51,563 nucleotides of DNA from Bdellovibrionota bacterium (GTDB taxonomy: Bacteria; JAGRBM01). Position numbers and translations under genes: made by a program. Shown piece after piece: positions 9,033 to 17,815 of this stretch. The notes beneath the pieces are model-generated. The model saw nothing but the letters and a program-made list of their open reading frames with translations. It ran no database searches and was not told where the DNA came from. The first letter of the stretch is position 1. The number at the start of each line of letters is the position of its first letter. The stretch lies in the NCBI GenBank assembly GCA_040758475.1, contig JBFLVN010000001.1, positions 1-51,563 of the forward strand, written 5' to 3'.

Positions 9033-11506
9033 GGGTTTGCCTCCGAAGGAGCCGGAGCCGCCGCCTCCTGGCTGTTAAGGAGCGGGAGCCCCGCTTCCTG
9101 CTGCAGCGTCGCGACGGCTTGATGATAGTCGAAAAGAGCCTGGTAGTGGGCTCCCCTCAGTTCGATGTATTCCTTGTAGGCCTTGATAAGGCCGTCCGTA
9201 TCCTCCACCCCGATTCCGAAGTTGAGCGTAGCCGAGCGGAACCACTTTTTGGCCGATTGGAGGCCTTTACCCACTTCCTCCAGGGCATCCCGTGCCCGGA
9301 CGACTTCCAGATAGGCCTGGGTGACTCGCAAGGTGAATCCGAAGTCGGCCGCCTTGGAGAGGGCTTGCAGTTCCGTGAGCTGAGCCCGGGCCGTTCCCAG
9401 TTCGGCCGATTTGCGGTGCAGGGAGAGATCCCAGCGGAGGCCGATAAATGGGCCCCCGAAGAAAATGCGTTTGGGGTCATCGATCTCGGGCTCATTGGGT
9501 GGGGGATGGTGGCCCGGGGATTCCGTCCACTCAAGCCGCGCCCCCAGGAAGAGGTCGGGGTAGAGGTTGGCCCGGGCCATGTCCACCTGCGCCTGCCGGG
9601 CAAGGAGGCCCGCGCGAAGCTGCTTCATCTCCGGGTGATTCTGGAGCGCGCTTTCCCGGTAGTCGTCGATGGCTTTCAATTCGTATTCCGGAGGTGCGAG
9701 GCGCCGCTCGGCGGGCTCAAAAGTTTCATCCGGTGCAAGGCCCAACATGAGGGCGAGGGTCCTTTCCACCAGCGAACGGCCCTTGATGAGCTCCTGGATC
9801 TTGATGGCCAGCTTGGCCCGGAAGGATTCGATCTCGTAAAGATCGATGGCCGTGACCTCGCCCGTCTCTCTCTCGAGTTTATCCTTGATCTTCGCATGGG
9901 CGTCGTCAAGGTTTTTCCGGACGTCCGCCAGCATTTCGTCGATGTCCCGCGCCACGAGAAGGCCCCAGTAGAGGAGAGACACACGCTTCGTAATTTCCTC
10001 GGCTTTTCCGCGAGTTTTTTCGCGGGAAACTTCGAGTCCCTGCCGGGCCAAGGCCAGGGCAGCATCCAATTTACCGAAGGTATAAAGGGGCTGGACGAGA
10101 TCTATTTGAAGGTGGTTGAAAGGGGAGAGTCTCTCGAAAAAGTTTTTACCAGCGTTGGTCTTGATATAATCCTGATTGATATTTTCGTCGTCATCCTCGC
10201 TTGGGTCTAAAATATAGTGGGATTCTCTGTTCGCTGAAAAAATATTTGTGAGCTCCGCTTTCGGAATCCATCTCGCCCGCTGGGCCTGAGTGACGTAGGA
10301 TTCAGCAACGGCGGTTGAAGCGCGCACGGCATCCAATTCGACGCTGATCTGAAGGGCCCTTTCGATGGCTTCGGGAAGGGACAGGCGGACGACTTTTTTC
10401 GCCTCTTCACTTGCGGGCGGGGACGAAGCGGCCGTTTCGGCGGCTTGTGGAGGCGTTTCTTCTTGGGCCCAGACCCCACTGGCACTTCCCAGGGATATGG
10501 CAGCCAGACATGCCGCAACGGCGGCTACGGCCTTGCCATTGGAGCGAGGTGAAAAGACGAGCAGGAGGTAACTCAAACCCGCGAAAAGGAGCGTGCGGAT
10601 GCGCCTGATGATCGCGAGGGAAATCCCCGCGTCGAGCCCTAACCCCAGGAGGGAGAAGAAATACCCATGGCTTCCTTCATAAGCCCCAAGGGCTCCGGGG
10701 ATGAAAGAGAAGGCGGCGTTTATCAGCATGACCGACGCCGCGATGACGTAGGCCGAAGAAATGCCGACTTTCATGCCAAGAAGGGAGGCGGCGAGGACGA
10801 CATCCCACGTCCGGATCGCCCGGCCCAGGAAGTGGATGGCGAGGGCCGCGAGGAACCGCCCCGGGTGGTCCCGCCAGAAAACGGCGATTTGCCGGTCCAT
10901 TTCCTCCATGCGGGAGCGGAACTGGGGTGAAACCCGCAGGCGGACTTTTTCCGCCAGGTTCAAGATGGCGGTGACCGTCCGCCCCTTTCGCTGCTGCACG
11001 ATGAGCCAGAGAAGGCCGGCGATCCACGAGGAGAGCATCAAGGCGGAGATTCCAATGACCAGGGCATGCCCCGAAAAAACGAAGAAGGCGACGGCAAGGC
11101 CGCTCGCCATGAACAGAAGGCTTGCGAGAAAGAAAATCGTCTTGTCGAGGAGGACGTAGGCTGCTCCCTGGTCTCCCTGAAGGCGGTCGCGAATCAGGAG
11201 GACCTTGACGGGTTCGCCGCCGAGATTGAGGAGCGGGGTCAAAGTATTGACCGCTTCGCCGCAAAGACGCGTGTGCCAGAGCGTCAGGAAACCGATGGAG
11301 GGGTGGCGGGTGTCGAAAAGAATCCGCCACGCCAAGGCCGCTACCGTGTTCCATGCGAGTGCCATGAGCAGCAAAAGGGCGAAACTCCACCCCAAGCCGC
11401 GCAGGCGCTCCAGGACGTCGTGAGGGCCCGCGCGCCAGAGGAGAAGCGCGAAGAGCCCCATGCCGGCGGCCAGGAGGAAAAGTCTTTTGGCGGAGAAACT
11501 CTTCAT
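9029..11506 (-). CDS. Continuous ORF joining a flippase-like/LPG-synthase-TM-type membrane domain to a TolC-family outer-membrane factor
   Basis: Start set at the ATG at 11506 (MKSFSAKRLFLLAAGMGLFALLLW), which overlaps the upstream stop by 1 nt (TAATG). The N-terminal ~330 aa are multipass. An internal signal-peptide-like segment follows (KAVAAVAACLAAISLGSASGVWAQ). The last ~450 aa are TolC-like (LSLPEAIERALQISVELDAVRAS and paired coiled/barrel repeats). Confidence 0.7.
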   Translation of the reverse strand: MKSFSAKRLFLLAAGMGLFALLLWRAGPHDVLERLRGLGWSFALLLLMALAWNTVAALAWRILFDTRHPSIGFLTLWHTRLCGEAVNTLTPLLNLGGEPVKVLLIRDRLQGDQGAAYVLLDKTIFFLASLLFMASGLAVAFFVFSGHALVIGISALMLSSWIAGLLWLIVQQRKGRTVTAILNLAEKVRLRVSPQFRSRMEEMDRQIAVFWRDHPGRFLAALAIHFLGRAIRTWDVVLAASLLGMKVGISSAYVIAASVMLINAAFSFIPGALGAYEGSHGYFFSLLGLGLDAGISLAIIRRIRTLLFAGLSYLLLVFSPRSNGKAVAAVAACLAAISLGSASGVWAQEETPPQAAETAASSPPASEEAKKVVRLSLPEAIERALQISVELDAVRASTAVAESYVTQAQRARWIPKAELTNIFSANRESHYILDPSEDDDENINQDYIKTNAGKNFFERLSPFNHLQIDLVQPLYTFGKLDAALALARQGLEVSREKTRGKAEEITKRVSLLYWGLLVARDIDEMLADVRKNLDDAHAKIKDKLERETGEVTAIDLYEIESFRAKLAIKIQELIKGRSLVERTLALMLGLAPDETFEPAERRLAPPEYELKAIDDYRESALQNHPEMKQLRAGLLARQAQVDMARANLYPDLFLGARLEWTESPGHHPPPNEPEIDDPKRIFFGGPFIGLRWDLSLHRKSAELGTARAQLTELQALSKAADFGFTLRVTQAYLEVVRARDALEEVGKGLQSAKKWFRSATLNFGIGVEDTDGLIKAYKEYIELRGAHYQALFDYHQAVATLQQEAGLPLLNSQEAAAPAPSEANP

Positions 11507-12780
11507 TATTTGGAAGTGGCCGGGGCGCCTTCGGCTTGCCCCGTTGGCAAGCTCATCCGGCCGGAGATCACGTAGACCAGCATACAAGTGATTGTGAACG
11601 CCGCCGCCCAAAAGAGGAATTCGAGCCCATTGAGAGCGCAGACGACGAAGGTCGTGAGGCTGAAGAAATCCCGTTTGCCCATGAAGCGGATTTTATCGAG
11701 GAGCCGGTAGGCCAGGGGTTTCTCGCGCCCTTCGTAGCGGGCTTCCATGTCCTTGTAGACGGCGACGAGCGAGCCGGATTTCGTATTTCGGAGGAGGTAA
11801 CTGTACATGAGCCCCAGAACGAGAAAGACGCACAGGAGCAGGCCGTAGCCCACCCACCTCGTCCAGAGGGCTTGCGTGCGGGCGTACATCCCCTCGGTGA
11901 GACCCGCGACGAAGAGCGTGTAGGTCAGGTTGTCTCCCAGCGTGTCGATCCATTCTCCGTAGGGGCTCGCCTTGAACTTGCAGCGGGCGATTTCACCGTC
12001 GCAACGGTCGAGGGCGGAAGCTAGTTGGAAGCAAAAGCCTCCCCAAAAGACTCCCCATTGGTCCCCCCGCGAGAGGAAAGTAAAAGAGAGGGCCCCCACG
12101 AACGTCGCGAAGGCCGTGAGCATGTTCGGGGTAATGGGCGATTCGCTGACAATCCAGGAAATTGGAAGTGAAATCTTTGAGTTCACGTTTTTGGAAACCC
12201 ACCCGCTCGTGGGTTTGGTAAGGGTCCGGAAAATGGCGAGCTTGGCGGAGCGGGCCTCAGACCGGGAGCGGACGGGCAGGAGGAAGGCATCTTTGGCTTC
12301 GGGGCGTTTTTCCGCCACGAGCACCTGGGCTTTGGCGGCCGCCGCCAAGGGGGCGGCGGAAGAAACGGCCTTGGAGGGAAGGGCAAAGAACTCCGTTTCC
12401 GCGGAGTATCGAAGCCCTTCGGCTGGAAGGGGCGCGGTGGCCAAGTGGCGAACGAGGCCCGTCCCGAACGCCAAGGGGCCCTCAATAAAGAGAACCCGAT
12501 CAGCGCTGGAACTCGCCGCCGCGAGGGCCTTGGCCGATACTTCTTTGGGACTGCCTTCAGTGATTTCGAGGGAGAGTTTCCCAAGCCGTTCGTCCGATTC
12601 GATGAGCGCCCGGACTTTTTCCGAATGAGGGCCCGGGACAAGCCAGATTTTTTCAACGCCCCCTTGGGATAACCCCAGCAATTGACGGGTGATCAGGGGA
12701 AGGCCGGCTACGCGGAGGAAAGGATTGTCTCCGTTCGGGGCTTCGACCGGTTGTAGCGATAGGACTGCGGCAGTGCTCAT
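11506..12780 (-). CDS. Degenerate nucleotidyltransferase-like domain fused to CDP-alcohol phosphatidyltransferase
   Basis: CDP-alcohol motif D-x2-DG-x2-AR...G-x3-D-x3-D is seen as DRCDGEIARCKFKASPYGEWIDTLGDNLTY. Several TM helices. The N-terminal part resembles an NTP-transferase fold but lacks the GxGTRL loop. Start placed at ATG 12780 (MSTAAVLS). Confidence 0.8.
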   Translation of the reverse strand: MSTAAVLSLQPVEAPNGDNPFLRVAGLPLITRQLLGLSQGGVEKIWLVPGPHSEKVRALIESDERLGKLSLEITEGSPKEVSAKALAAASSSADRVLFIEGPLAFGTGLVRHLATAPLPAEGLRYSAETEFFALPSKAVSSAAPLAAAAKAQVLVAEKRPEAKDAFLLPVRSRSEARSAKLAIFRTLTKPTSGWVSKNVNSKISLPISWIVSESPITPNMLTAFATFVGALSFTFLSRGDQWGVFWGGFCFQLASALDRCDGEIARCKFKASPYGEWIDTLGDNLTYTLFVAGLTEGMYARTQALWTRWVGYGLLLCVFLVLGLMYSYLLRNTKSGSLVAVYKDMEARYEGREKPLAYRLLDKIRFMGKRDFFSLTTFVVCALNGLEFLFWAAAFTITCMLVYVISGRMSLPTGQAEGAPATSK

Positions 12781-12858
12781 GGTGGAAATTCGATCAGCGC
12801 CCCTTGCGCGACGAGGGCGCCCCGCCCAGCCCGCGGGAGGGAGCAAAGAGCCTCGGGT

Positions 12859-13602
12859 TTACTGGAACAGGCCGGAGAGGTTCTCGCGGACGAAAGCGAG
12901 ATCCTCGGGGTAATCGATCTCGGCCCAGCGGAGGCCTTCGATGCAGACAGCACCGATGCCGTAACCCGAAAGGGCGATCCGTTCGACGGCCTTCGTGTAC
13001 CAATCCGTGTTGCCGGTGGGGGAAGAAACCATCGCCTCCAATTCCTTGAGGAGGCGGCCGGCTCCTTCCCGGGTGAATTTCATGATCCCGATGGACTCGC
13101 CCTGGGCGCGGGCCGGGTCGATCGTCTTGTTGATCGCCTGGACGCGGCCCTCGCTCACAAGCAGCTTCATGTCGTCGTCGTCGTAGCGGTCCTTGCGGTC
13201 CATGCAGACGTGGATTTCGTAGTGGTTTTCCCCGGTGAGCCGGGTGAGGATACGGTGGTCGAAAACGTCATCCCCGTTGATGAGGACGAAGCCCTCTTCC
13301 ATGTACTTCCGGGCCGACCAGAGGCTTACGAGATTGTTCGTGTCTTTCCAGCGGGGATTAAAAACGGTCTTAATGGGGAGGGAGGCGAGCCCGTTGCCGC
13401 GCCATGCGGCGACCGACTGTTCCACCAGATCGCCGCGGAAGCCCGTAACAATCACGGCTTCGCGCACGCCCGCCCGAAGGCAATTCTTGAGCTGGTGCTC
13501 GAGAATCGTGCGGCCGTCCACTTCGATCAGGCACTTGGGCCTGTCTTCTGTGTAAGGCTTGAGCCTCGTTCCTTGTCCAGCTGCCAGAATGATTGCCCGC
13601 AC
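12859..13602 (-). CDS. Sugar/alcohol-phosphate nucleotidyltransferase (NTP_transferase family)
   Basis: N-terminal MRAIILAAGQGTRLKPYTEDRPKCLIEV (canonical GxGTRL activation loop), 247 aa. Confidence 0.85.
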   Translation of the reverse strand: MRAIILAAGQGTRLKPYTEDRPKCLIEVDGRTILEHQLKNCLRAGVREAVIVTGFRGDLVEQSVAAWRGNGLASLPIKTVFNPRWKDTNNLVSLWSARKYMEEGFVLINGDDVFDHRILTRLTGENHYEIHVCMDRKDRYDDDDMKLLVSEGRVQAINKTIDPARAQGESIGIMKFTREGAGRLLKELEAMVSSPTGNTDWYTKAVERIALSGYGIGAVCIEGLRWAEIDYPEDLAFVRENLSGLFQ

Positions 13603-13810
13603 GCTGTTAATGCCTCACTTACCGGTCGCCCTTCAAAAACTGAAAGGGCGTGCGTATTCTTTTTCCCACTACCCCTCGGCTCGAAGGGCCTTCAGACTCT
13701 CTTTTGGGTGAGCTGCCGCTCAAAAGTCGCGGGAAAGTAATCCGAGCGCCTTCAAGCTGCAACACGTTCCCGTAGGGGCCGATCCTAGCAGGTAGCCCCC
13801 CGCTAGAATG

Positions 13811-13826
13811 TGTGATCCAAATCACA
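13811..13826. promoter_or_regulatory. Perfect CRP-type palindrome TGTGA-N6-TCACA in an AT-rich intergenic patch
   Basis: Sequence tgtgatccaaatcaca is read directly. It lies between the ferredoxin stop (13949) and the NTP-transferase start (13602), at the edge of an AT-rich stretch (13826-13950) inside otherwise GC-rich DNA. Confidence 0.4.
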
Positions 13827-13948
13827 TATTCTATTTTTTTAGTAGTTTCAAATAGTTACTCCAATTTATCAGCCCAAGGGCCGCGTATAATCGTTTACAC
13901 CGCCCTAATAATAAAGTTTATCGCCCTTGGATGGAAGTTTTTGAAACT

Positions 13949-14248
13949 TTAATAAGTCCGCTTCTCCGGTGTTGCGGGGAGCACTTCGAGATCGGCTTGG
14001 ACCGTCACGTGGCAGGCAAGGCGTTCCCCTTCCGTGGCATTGCGGTTGTTAAGCAGAATGCTTTCCAGGGCAGTGGGTGGTGTTAGCTGATCCGCGCCTT
14101 TCCCGGGTTGGAAGCGGCAAGTGCCGCAAATCCCTTGGCAGCAACCCCAACCGATTCCTTCGTATCCGGCTTGGGTGACGGCCTGAGCGAGGGGCGTGCC
14201 GATGGGGACGTCGACGAAGGAACCACCGGGAAATGAGACGCGGGGCAT
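13949..14248 (-). CDS. 2Fe-2S ferredoxin (plant/vertebrate-type cysteine spacing)
   Basis: Cys pattern CCQGICGTC ... C (C-x4-C-x2-C, then a distal Cys in ERLACHV), 99 aa. Confidence 0.75.
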   Translation of the reverse strand: MPRVSFPGGSFVDVPIGTPLAQAVTQAGYEGIGWGCCQGICGTCRFQPGKGADQLTPPTALESILLNNRNATEGERLACHVTVQADLEVLPATPEKRTY

Positions 14249-14270
14249 TGAAAAAGTATAGGGTAAGGCA

Positions 14271-14942
14271 ATGCCCCTGTCTTCGTCTTCCAGACCGATT
14301 CCCCGCGGCCTTTATGCGATCCTGGACCCTGCCCAGTGCGGGGGACGGGAGCCGGTTGCGTACGCGAAGGCTCTCTTGGATGCGGGCGTACGCCTCCTTC
14401 AATTGAGAGACAAGGATTATCGCGCCGGGCGCACGCTCGCCCTTGCCCGCGGGATCGGGGCGCTTTGCCAGCAGCGGGGCGCTCTTTTCGTCGTCAACGA
14501 CCGCTTGGACGTGGCGCTCCTTAGCGGGGCACCCGCCCTCCATTTGGGGCCCGATGATCTGCCGGTGGCGGTAGCGCGAAGAGAGTATTCGGGAATCCTG
14601 GGGCGGTCGACGAACTCGGTGAACGAAGCAAAGGAAGCCGTACGCGAAGGGGCGGATTACGTGGCTTTCGGGCCGCTCTTTGAGACGTCCTCGAAGACGG
14701 GTTCCGCCTTGCGGGAGAAGCGGACGCTGGAGGACCTCTCCCGCCTTTGCCGGGAGGTTTCCGTCCCCGTCTTCGGGATCGGGGGGATTACCCTGGAGCG
14801 GGCCGCCGGGATCGCCGCCGCGGGGGCGTGGGGTGCCGCCGTCATTGGAGCGCTCGTTCGGGCGGACGATCTTGCGACGGTGTGCCGGGCTTTTTCGGCC
14901 CCTTTCAGCGCTTGCTCCCCCGGCGGGGATGGGCAAAAGTGA
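14271..14942 (+). CDS. thiE: Thiamine-phosphate synthase
   Basis: Blocks GLYAILDP, VRLLQLRDK, FVVNDRLDVAL, HLGPDDLP, YVAFGPLFETSSK, VPVFGIGGIT. Confidence 0.9.
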   Translation: MPLSSSSRPIPRGLYAILDPAQCGGREPVAYAKALLDAGVRLLQLRDKDYRAGRTLALARGIGALCQQRGALFVVNDRLDVALLSGAPALHLGPDDLPVAVARREYSGILGRSTNSVNEAKEAVREGADYVAFGPLFETSSKTGSALREKRTLEDLSRLCREVSVPVFGIGGITLERAAGIAAAGAWGAAVIGALVRADDLATVCRAFSAPFSACSPGGDGQK

Positions 14943-15582
14943 CGCCGTGAAAGAAGACGAAAACCCAACCGCCCGCCGGCGCCCCGCGCGTCCAAGCAAG
15001 GAGCGGATCCTCTCCACCGCCGCCCGCCTTTTCGCCCGCAAGGGATACGCCGCGACGAGCGTGGACGAAGTCGCCGCCGCCGCGAAAACAAGCAAGAGTT
15101 CGATCTATTGGCATTTTAAGAGCAAGGAAGACATCCTCCTTGCTCTCCTCACCCAATCCACCTCGGCCTGGGTGAGCCAGGCCTTGGACGTCGTCGCGGC
15201 CATCGAACGCCCGGAAGAAAAACTCCCCGCCGTCCTGCGGAACGCCGAACGCCAGATGACCGGATCGCGGGACACCCTGCGGCTTCTCATCGGCATGATC
15301 TGCGAACGGGGGGAAGTGCATCCCCGGACCCGCGCCGCTCTCCAGGCGATTTACCGGGAATTCCGCGAGGTGATCGCCCGGGAACTCAAGGCCGCGTTTC
15401 CTTACCTGACGCCCGACCTTGTACGGCTGGCGTCGGTTCTTATTCTGGCGGCGTTCGATGGGATGTTTATCCAGTGGCAGCTTGAACCCGAGGCGGTCGA
15501 TCCGAAAAAGGTTTTCGCCCAGATCGAATCGGCGCTGGACCCCGTCGTGCGGCTTGCCACCGTGCCTAACCGGCCGGCGTGA
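14929..15582 (+). CDS. TetR/AcrR family transcriptional regulator
   Basis: Start at the internal ATG at 14929 (MGKSDAVKEDE...). HTH block ILSTAARLFARKGYAATSVDEVAAAAKTSKSSIYWHFKSKEDIL. Overlaps the thiE end by 14 nt. Confidence 0.85.
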   Translation: MGKSDAVKEDENPTARRRPARPSKERILSTAARLFARKGYAATSVDEVAAAAKTSKSSIYWHFKSKEDILLALLTQSTSAWVSQALDVVAAIERPEEKLPAVLRNAERQMTGSRDTLRLLIGMICERGEVHPRTRAALQAIYREFREVIARELKAAFPYLTPDLVRLASVLILAAFDGMFIQWQLEPEAVDPKKVFAQIESALDPVVRLATVPNRPA

Positions 15583-16237
15583 CGCCTGGTTCTTCTTCCG
15601 GTTCTTCCCAAAAAACCTTTCCGATCCCTTTCCGGATGAGGATGGGCACGCCGTCTTCCAGCGAAATGACCGTACTGGGTTCGAGCGAGAGGACGCCCGC
15701 GTCGAAAACGCAATCGACCAGTTTCCCGTAGCGGGATTCGATGTCTTCGGGGTCGTTGAGGAGCTCTTTCTGCTCGGCGGGGACGTCGAAGCGGGGGTCC
15801 GTGACGCTCGTCGTGATGAGCGGCCGTCCGAGGGCTTTTACCAGGGCCAAAGGAAATGGATGGTTTGGAATCCGGATGCCGATGGTCTTCTGCTTCGTCG
15901 TCAGCAGGCGAGGCACTTGGCGGGAGGCTTCCAGCACGAAGGTGTAGGGACCGGGGAGCTGGTGCTTTAGAATCCGGTAATCGGCCTTGGAGATGTTCGC
16001 GTACTCGGAGATGTGCGAGAGATCGGCGCAGACGATCGAAAGGGGTTTTCCCGGTTCGAGGCGCTTGATCCGGTAGATCCGTTCCACGGCCCGCTTGTCG
16101 TGGAGGTCGCATCCCAGGCCGTAAATCGTGTCGGTCGGGTAGACGATGACCCCGCCGTCCCGGAGGATCTCGGCCGCCCGTTCCACCGCGGCGGGCTGCG
16201 GGTTTTGGGGATGAACTTTGATGCGCACGGGAGACAC
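15566..16237 (-). CDS. tsaC: L-threonylcarbamoyladenylate synthase (YrdC/Sua5 family)
   Basis: Signature GGVIVYPTDTIYGLGCD, PLSIVCAD, LPGPYTFVL, IGIRIPNHP. Confidence 0.9.
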   Translation of the reverse strand: MSPVRIKVHPQNPQPAAVERAAEILRDGGVIVYPTDTIYGLGCDLHDKRAVERIYRIKRLEPGKPLSIVCADLSHISEYANISKADYRILKHQLPGPYTFVLEASRQVPRLLTTKQKTIGIRIPNHPFPLALVKALGRPLITTSVTDPRFDVPAEQKELLNDPEDIESRYGKLVDCVFDAGVLSLEPSTVISLEDGVPILIRKGIGKVFWEEPEEEPGVTPAG

Positions 16238-16313
16238 GCTAAGGGGAGGCGGCGCCGCCCGTCAAGGCGGCGCTTTCGCCCAGGACTCGCGGGGGGTATC
16301 CTCCCCGGCCGCC

Positions 16314-17813
16314 ATGCGGCCCGTTCTTCCAAAGATGCGATTTGCCGTTCTCCTGAGTCTTGCGCTCTGGCTGGGAGCGTTTCCCTTCCGCGCGGGAGCC
16401 CAGTCCCTGCCCGGCCAGGAAGAGACCGTCCGGCGGGCGATTGGGATGCTCGCGGAAACCTACGCCCGTGCTCCTCAGTCCGAGGAAGAAGCCCAGCGTT
16501 TTTCGGTTCTCCAGGGAAGGGCGCTCGACGACATCGCCGACGCCGGGCCCGCGGCTCGCGGAATTTTGCGGGAAGCCCTCCAACAGGAGGGCGTTCTTCC
16601 GCCCGTGGCCTACACGCTGGCGACGCTCCTCGTTCTTTCGGAAGGGAAGGGGGCTGCCGATTTCGTCCTCCGGGCGACGGCCCGGCTCTCTCCGGCCATT
16701 TCCCCCGCTGAGGCCTACTATTTTGCCCACACCCTCTCGGTCGCCGCCCCCAAGCAGGGGGCCGAGCTGGCTTTCCGTTTCGCGAAGCTTCCCGAAAACA
16801 CGGAATTCCCCGTGCCGGCGGCCAATCTCGTACTTCCGCTCGTTCCGGCGATGGCATACCTCCTGGCGGCTGGCGACAACGAATCGCTCAATGAGCTGGG
16901 CCGCAAACTCTCCAAACCCGGGAAATTGCATTTTCAAAACGCCCGGACGCTCCTCCGGGTGGCCGCCCACCTCCAGGCGGTGGAACTCGTCCCCGGTTTG
17001 CTGCGGGAACTTCCGAAGCTGCCCGCGAACTCTCCGGTCCTCGAAGATGTTCTGGACACCCTCGGGCGGCTTGCCGATCTTTCGGCCTTAAAGCCCCTTT
17101 CGGACTACGCCCGGAAAGGGAAAACCCCGAAGGTTCGCGAGCGGGCCGCCTTGGCGCTCGCGGACCTTCGCTCCCCCATGTGCGAGGACGCCCTGCTCGC
17201 GGCCCTGGGCGATCCGGTGCCGGCCGTCCGGAGCGCGGCCATCGTGGGGCTTGCGGCCATCGAAACCCCGGGCTCTCTCGACGCCCTCCGCAAGGGCCTG
17301 GGTGGACTCGAAAAAAGCGAACAGGTCCGCCAGGACTACCTCCAGGCCGCCGAACTGGTGGGCGATCGTTCCTGGGCACCCGACCTGGACCGGGCGAGCC
17401 GCAAATGGGTGGGCGTGCAGGAACGCGTAAAACAGATTGAGAAAAAAGCCGCTCGCCGGGAAACTCTCCCCGAACGGATCGCCCCGGAACTCTGGCCGGA
17501 GCTTCCGCTCAACCGGCTGGACCCCAAGAAACTCGATGGGATTCTGATGGAAATGATCGAACGCGGAGGGATCGATTTCCCGGTCCAGAAGAAAACCATC
17601 CTGTACTCGGCGGTGCCGGAACAGATTCCCGCGCTCACGCCCCTTCGCATTCTCCTCGCCCAGCGCCTCACGCGCGAGAACATCCTGGCCTGGACGGAGT
17701 ACCTCGAAACGCTCCGGCTCCTTCGAATCCGCCTTCGGCCGGACCCCCGTCCGCTTTTCCCCCAACTGGGGAAAGCGCCCCACAGCCCGCTCGAAATCAA
17801 GGATGCGAAATAG
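16314..17813 (+). CDS. Exported HEAT-repeat protein
   Basis: Start ATG 16314 or 16335 (MRFAVLLSLALWLGAFPFRAGAQ, a signal peptide). PBS-lyase/HEAT-like repeats such as VRERAALALADLRSPMCEDALLAALGDPVPAVRSAAIVGLAAIETPGSLDAL. Confidence 0.65.
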   Translation: MRPVLPKMRFAVLLSLALWLGAFPFRAGAQSLPGQEETVRRAIGMLAETYARAPQSEEEAQRFSVLQGRALDDIADAGPAARGILREALQQEGVLPPVAYTLATLLVLSEGKGAADFVLRATARLSPAISPAEAYYFAHTLSVAAPKQGAELAFRFAKLPENTEFPVPAANLVLPLVPAMAYLLAAGDNESLNELGRKLSKPGKLHFQNARTLLRVAAHLQAVELVPGLLRELPKLPANSPVLEDVLDTLGRLADLSALKPLSDYARKGKTPKVRERAALALADLRSPMCEDALLAALGDPVPAVRSAAIVGLAAIETPGSLDALRKGLGGLEKSEQVRQDYLQAAELVGDRSWAPDLDRASRKWVGVQERVKQIEKKAARRETLPERIAPELWPELPLNRLDPKKLDGILMEMIERGGIDFPVQKKTILYSAVPEQIPALTPLRILLAQRLTRENILAWTEYLETLRLLRIRLRPDPRPLFPQLGKAPHSPLEIKDAK

Positions 17814-17815
17814 CC

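Noticed and set aside
13950-14270. TPP (THI-box) riboswitch upstream of thiE
   Set aside because: The plus-strand sequence upstream of thiE is the antisense of the ferredoxin gene and lacks the conserved CUGAGA ... ACCUGAUCUGGAUAAUGCCAGCG core. No riboswitch is called.
14049-15095. 348-aa minus-strand ORF across thiE and the TetR start
   Set aside because: It is an R/P/G-rich antisense frame. thiE and TetR motifs are unambiguous on the plus strand.
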